A stretch of 64,000 nucleotides of DNA from the human T2T-CHM13v2.0 reference genome, Homo sapiens. The position numbers and the translations under genes were made by a program. Location: assembly GCF_009914755.1 (NCBI RefSeq), contig NC_060942.1; one strand, written 5' to 3'. How positions within the stretch are numbered: position 1 is the first letter of the stretch; each line of letters begins with the position of its first letter. Under the pieces are notes generated by a model, which saw only the letters and a program-made list of their open reading frames with translations, searched no databases and was not told the origin of the DNA. Positions 58,030-64,000 of the stretch are shown one piece after another.

Positions 58030-58761
58030 GTATAGGGAAGTTTAAGCTTTCCCTCTGAAGTTTCCATTAATCAAGTCTGCTGAAATAAACTGACAATAAA
58101 CAGATTAACAGGAGAAAAGGCGTACAAATTTATCAGTGTGCACAGGGGCCACAGAAAACATAATACTCAAAGAAGGGCAAGAAAGTTAAAGCTTAAATAC
58201 ACTCTTCATAGAGTAGAGTAGAGCAAGGGGTTAAGCAATTTTCGAGGAAGAGGAAATGGTTGTTAGGGGAAATAAATGGGCCCCTTCGAGACAAGTTCCT
58301 CTGAGTTCTGTGGGAGGTGGAGACATGCTATGGGAAGATGGTGAAGGCAGAGATGAACTGCAAACAAAGGTTGTCTTTTTATGCAGATAAAGCATCTCAA
58401 GTAATATCCCTGAAAAGAATCGTTGAAAGAATAGATGAAAAGTCTGTCAGTTTGGTGGCCTAGGTGTGAAGACTTTTAGTTTCCTCTCCTGCAAGATGAT
58501 CAATTGTCTCTGGTGAATGTAGATTCCGGGGTGGGGGGTTAATACAATTGCATTCCTTCTGGATGAACTTCCCTCAGTCAGATAAGGGAACTTCAGAAAG
58601 AGCCCCTGCCTATGCTTCAGAAGGGAAAGGGGGAGGAGGAGAAGGTCAGAGAGAGATCTTGGCTCTGAGGCATATTTCTGAGGCCTTTCAGTCTTCTTTG
58701 TGGAAAGCACTCCACATGCCAAAGCACCACATTTTGGAGTATTGTTTTCTGAGCCCCAATA
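58030..58761 (-). mobile_element. ERV1 solo LTR (MER34/MER39 family)
   Basis: 'tttccctctgaag...aaactgacaataaacagattaacaggagaaaagg' through 'ttttggagtattgttttctgagccccaa'. Confidence 0.8.
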
Positions 58762-59625
58762 GTGGTTTCCAACAACGTCATAAAAAAAAATAAAAATTAG
58801 ATAAGAATAAATGTAAAATTCTGCATTTAAATTGGATTTTTTAATTACACAAATATAACATGGGGAGGTATGCTTTGAGTACATTTGTTATGAAAATTAC
58901 TTGCTAACTTTGATAAGGATAAAACCAATATGAGCCAAGAGTATAAACCAGCCTAAAGAGGATAATAAAAATTTAAGCTTCATTAGTCAAAAAAGTGGTC
59001 CAGATTAAGAATTTGAGAATGTTGTATGCTCATGGTGTTGAAGTTTTGGTTCTGTTTTGGATAATTATCACTAGATGATTAAAAGGACTGACTACCGAGA
59101 GTATTTGATTTACATTTCAAATACAGAACTAAGGTTCTTTATCATTTACTCTGCCACAGGCAGGTTTTTCCTTGCACTGCTTAGAAACCAAGGAGTTTAT
59201 TTCTCTCCCACCTCAATTTATTCTGAAAAACCAAAAGAAGAAAATGAGGAGAGGGAAAGAAAGAGCATTGACTTTTCTTCTTGTTCTTAACATACTTAGC
59301 AATATTAAAGGTCAGAGATGTACCCAGAAATTGGAGGCAAAAACCATCTTTGAAACTTCTCCAACCCAGAATGGCTTTTTAGAGAATTTTATCTCCTACA
59401 TTGGATAGAATGAGCTACCTGGGCTGTCTTCCCCTTATGCAGTGTGAAGGTGTGTAGGGGACCTACATTCCCCATTTGTCTTGGTACTCTGGGCCTCCTG
59501 CCTAAATAGTTGGTTTTTATAGACTATCACAGACAGTTTTTGTTTGGGGTATTGTATGTCAGACTATGCCACCCCAAAATATGCCACTGTGGCATAAGAA
59601 TTATTTTGAGCTGAAGGCAATTGAG

Positions 59626-60794
<1,169 letters not shown>

Positions 60795-60991
60795 TGAGAA
60801 AAAGCAGACACAGGATAAGCTGTCTGCTGTCCTCCTCTCTGCCTAAAAACAGGTTATACATTCCTTGTGATGATATCCCCTCCACCACCATGTGCCATAC
60901 CAGTGTCGTGGCCAAGGACATAGCCCTCTAAAGGTTCAGTAAAAAATCAATTCACAAAAGAAATACTAACTGGAGAAAAAGCATACACATT

Positions 60992-61244
60992 TTGTTGTTG
61001 TTGCTGTTGTTGTTTGGGGGTTTTTTGTTTATTTTTGTTAGTAAATTTTTTATTTTTATTTTCAAGTTTTGGGCACATGTGCAGGATGTGTATGTTTGTT
61101 ACCTAGGTAAATGTGTACCTGCAAAGGACATGATCTTGTTCCTTTTTATGGCTGTAATGTATTCTATGGTGTATATGTACCACATTTTCCTTAGCCAGTC
61201 TGTCATTGATGGGCATTAAGGTTGATTCCACGTCTCTGCTATTG
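60992..61244 (-). mobile_element. Internally deleted L1PA 3' fragment
   Basis: T/(TTG)n tail and 'gggcacatgtgcaggatgtg...gttacctaggtaaa', fused to 'tgcaaaggacatgatcttgttcctttttatggctg'. Confidence 0.85.
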
Positions 61245-61255
61245 AATATACATTT

Positions 61256-61575
<320 letters not shown>

Positions 61576-62479
61576 TGAGTACCTTCATAATAAAGACACA
61601 AATATACATGGAAATTGTCCATTTTTATGCTTAGGTTCAACAAACTATGGACAGCTATGTAGAAATATTATTGGATAAAAAGGGTATGACCTGATGCTAA
61701 TGGACTGAGTGGGGAAACCAGGCAAGGCCTGTCAGGAGGATGGGACTGAGAGACAGGAGGGCAGGAGAAAGTCAAAGAAAAACTTTTACTTCTGAGGTCT
61801 TCATTTTTGGGTATTGTTTTTTGACCCCCAACACCAGGAAGGGAATAACAACCCTATCATCAGAGACAAGATGGCACCAAGAAAGAGTCTATATAACAAA
61901 CCTCATGAACTAGCTCTTCTCTACTATTAGATTTCCAAATATTGGCCTTCCTACAACTTGCCACCCCTAGGAGTTCAAGGTCCCTTTTCTTTGTCTTGTC
62001 ACTTCTCTGTAAATTTATCTTCATTTGTCTATATGGTATTAAGGCCTCCAAGCCTAGCCATTGCTTTTGGGGTTTCTCTTCTTTCTATGAAGTCTCTCCT
62101 CCTCACTCTGCCATGTGAAAATTTTAACACCAAATAGAGGCATACGGCCTTTTCTTCTGTTCATCTGTCTGTTGTCAGTTTATTTTACAGACTCAGCTGG
62201 AGAAACTAAGAAGAGAGAGAAAATTTTTCTCCCCTGCAGCACATAATGTGAGCCCTCAACATTGCCAATAACCATTAATGTCATTCCTTTAGTAGATATG
62301 AATCTGTACCATATCGATATCACGTATAGTCTTATTAATTCAAATGACTTTCTACACTACAATTTTACCCACACAGCAATCCACACTCAAATATATTTCC
62401 ACAGCATTCTCAAAGCATAAGTCATTATAAAAGGTATCAGATTATTTTTTAAAAGAAGAAGATTACAAGTTAAAGAAGT

Positions 62480-62770
62480 CCTTCAAAACCTTTCTTGAAA
62501 ATAGAAATGGCAAAGAATGAAAATGTGAATGGAGAAGCATTAAGGGAGACACAACTTTTCAAATTGTTGAAAGATTCTCAAGGAAGAGGAAATAGGCACA
62601 GTTTCATTCTGCCAACTAATGAGCAAGAATGACAATGACAGAGCCTTCTGTTCAATGTAAGAAAAGTTTTCAACAATGAAAAGAACTTGAGCCAAAATAG
62701 CAAGTTCCTTGTGAGGGGAAGAATTCAAGCAGGAGTTGAGTAATGTTTCAACAATATTCTAAGAAAAGAT
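62480..62770 (+). mobile_element. L3/CR1 3' remnant
   Basis: 'taagggagac...ttttcaaattgttgaaagattctcaaggaagagg...ttcaatgtaagaaaagtttt...ttcaagcaggag'. Confidence 0.55.
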
Positions 62771-63133
62771 AAAAGTCATGAGATTTAAGTTTGGGTCTGT
62801 GATCTGTGCTTACAATGAAGTACAATAAAAACGTTTAAAATGTGGAAATAATCAAAGGGGAAATTGCAAAATTTTGCTGCGTAGTTTTACAACAGCTTCA
62901 TCCAAACCATGACTATTGCTGATTAGTTAAATGATAGTAATATTATATAGTCAGGCTGTGGCACACATTCTATAGGTTGTATAAGCCTGGGACTTATGAA
63001 AAGATGACAAATTTGTGAAACATTCTGGGTTTTGTTCAAAAGAGATACAACAGAAAAATAAGACAACAGGAGACTAAAAGTGTGTTTAATAATCTCAGGG
63101 AAATAAATAGTAGAGCAAATAAAACATTACCTA

Positions 63134-63470
63134 GGCCGGGTGTGCTGGCTCACGCCTGTAATCCCAGCACTTTGGGAAGCTGAGGCAGGTGGATCACAAG
63201 GTCAGGAGTTCAAGCCAGCCTGGCCAACATACTGAAACCTAAAAAAAAATACAAAAAAAATTAGCTAAAAAAAAATCTACTAAAAAAAATACAAAAAAAA
63301 TTAGCCCGGCATGGTGGTGGGTGCCTGTAATCCTAGCTACTCAGGAGGCTGAGGCAGGAGAATCACTTGAACCTGGGAGGCGGAGGTTGCATGTGAGCAG
63401 AGATCGTGCCACTGCACTCCAGCCTGGGTGACAGTGTGAGACTCTGTCTCAAAAAAATAAATAAATAAAA
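63134..63470 (+). mobile_element. Alu (AluSg-like) with duplicated A-rich linker
   Basis: 'ggatcacaaggtcagg'. Linker 'aaaaaaatacaaaaaaaattagc' occurs twice. TSD attaccta. Confidence 0.95.
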
Positions 63471-63801
63471 ATTACCTAAATGGAAGCACATGAATACACT
63501 CTTCCAACAAAGACAAGGTGAATCAAAACTAAGAACTGCAAAATGGAGAAGCTATGGTAAAATAACTGCACCTAAGTAACCTAAATAACAAAATGGAGAA
63601 GCTAAGGCTAAAATAACCATCTGACGACAGCAGAACAGAATTTACCTGTTGCAAGCCTGACAACATGAAAATAATATTGCTTTTAACAAATTTGAAAGGT
63701 GATGAGGAAGAATGGTGGTAAAACAAGGGCTAATTTCTTTATCTTTCACAATACAGAGTTGGCACAGGAAACCAGAAATTAAAAAGGTCTTTTGTAAAAA
63801 G

Positions 63802-64000
63802 GGCCGGGCACGATGGCTCACTCCTGTAATCCTAGCACTTTGGGAGGCCGAGGTGGGTGGATCACCTGAGGTCAGGAGTTGGAGACCAGTCTGGTCAACA
63901 TGGTGAAACCCCGTCTCTACTAAAAATACAAAAATTAGCCAGGCATGGTGGTGCGTGCCTGTAATCCCAGCTACACAAGAGACCAAGGCAGGAGAATTGC
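63802..64000 (+). mobile_element. Alu (AluS), cut by the window end
   Basis: ggccgggcacgatggctcactcctgtaatc... Confidence 0.96.

Overview
AT-rich, repeat-dense primate (human-like) non-coding DNA, either intergenic or deep intronic. It is dominated by transposon fossils: a ~5.6 kb old L1M, HAL1, L1MA/L1MC/L1PA fragments, about 20 Alu/FLAM copies, L2/MIR/L3, several ERV/MaLR solo LTRs and the DNA transposons Tigger1, MER44 and FordPrefect. I found no recognisable protein-coding gene, RNA gene or CRISPR array. The supplied ORFs are repeat-derived (L1 ORF2, Alu, L2, Tigger1 transposase) or look random. Subfamily names are from recall of consensus sequences and need RepeatMasker/Dfam confirmation. 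I do not see a novel biological system. The best second-look items are a CpG-retaining LTR16 (possible exapted regulatory element), a MEF2/E-box/MCAT motif cluster, a permuted ancient duplication of an L1MC 3' end plus flank, a 19-bp templated patch shared by Tigger1 and MER21, a nested LTR/L1/Alu stack with intact TSDs, a twin-primed L1PA, several repair scars, and a few speculative exon or microexon signals.
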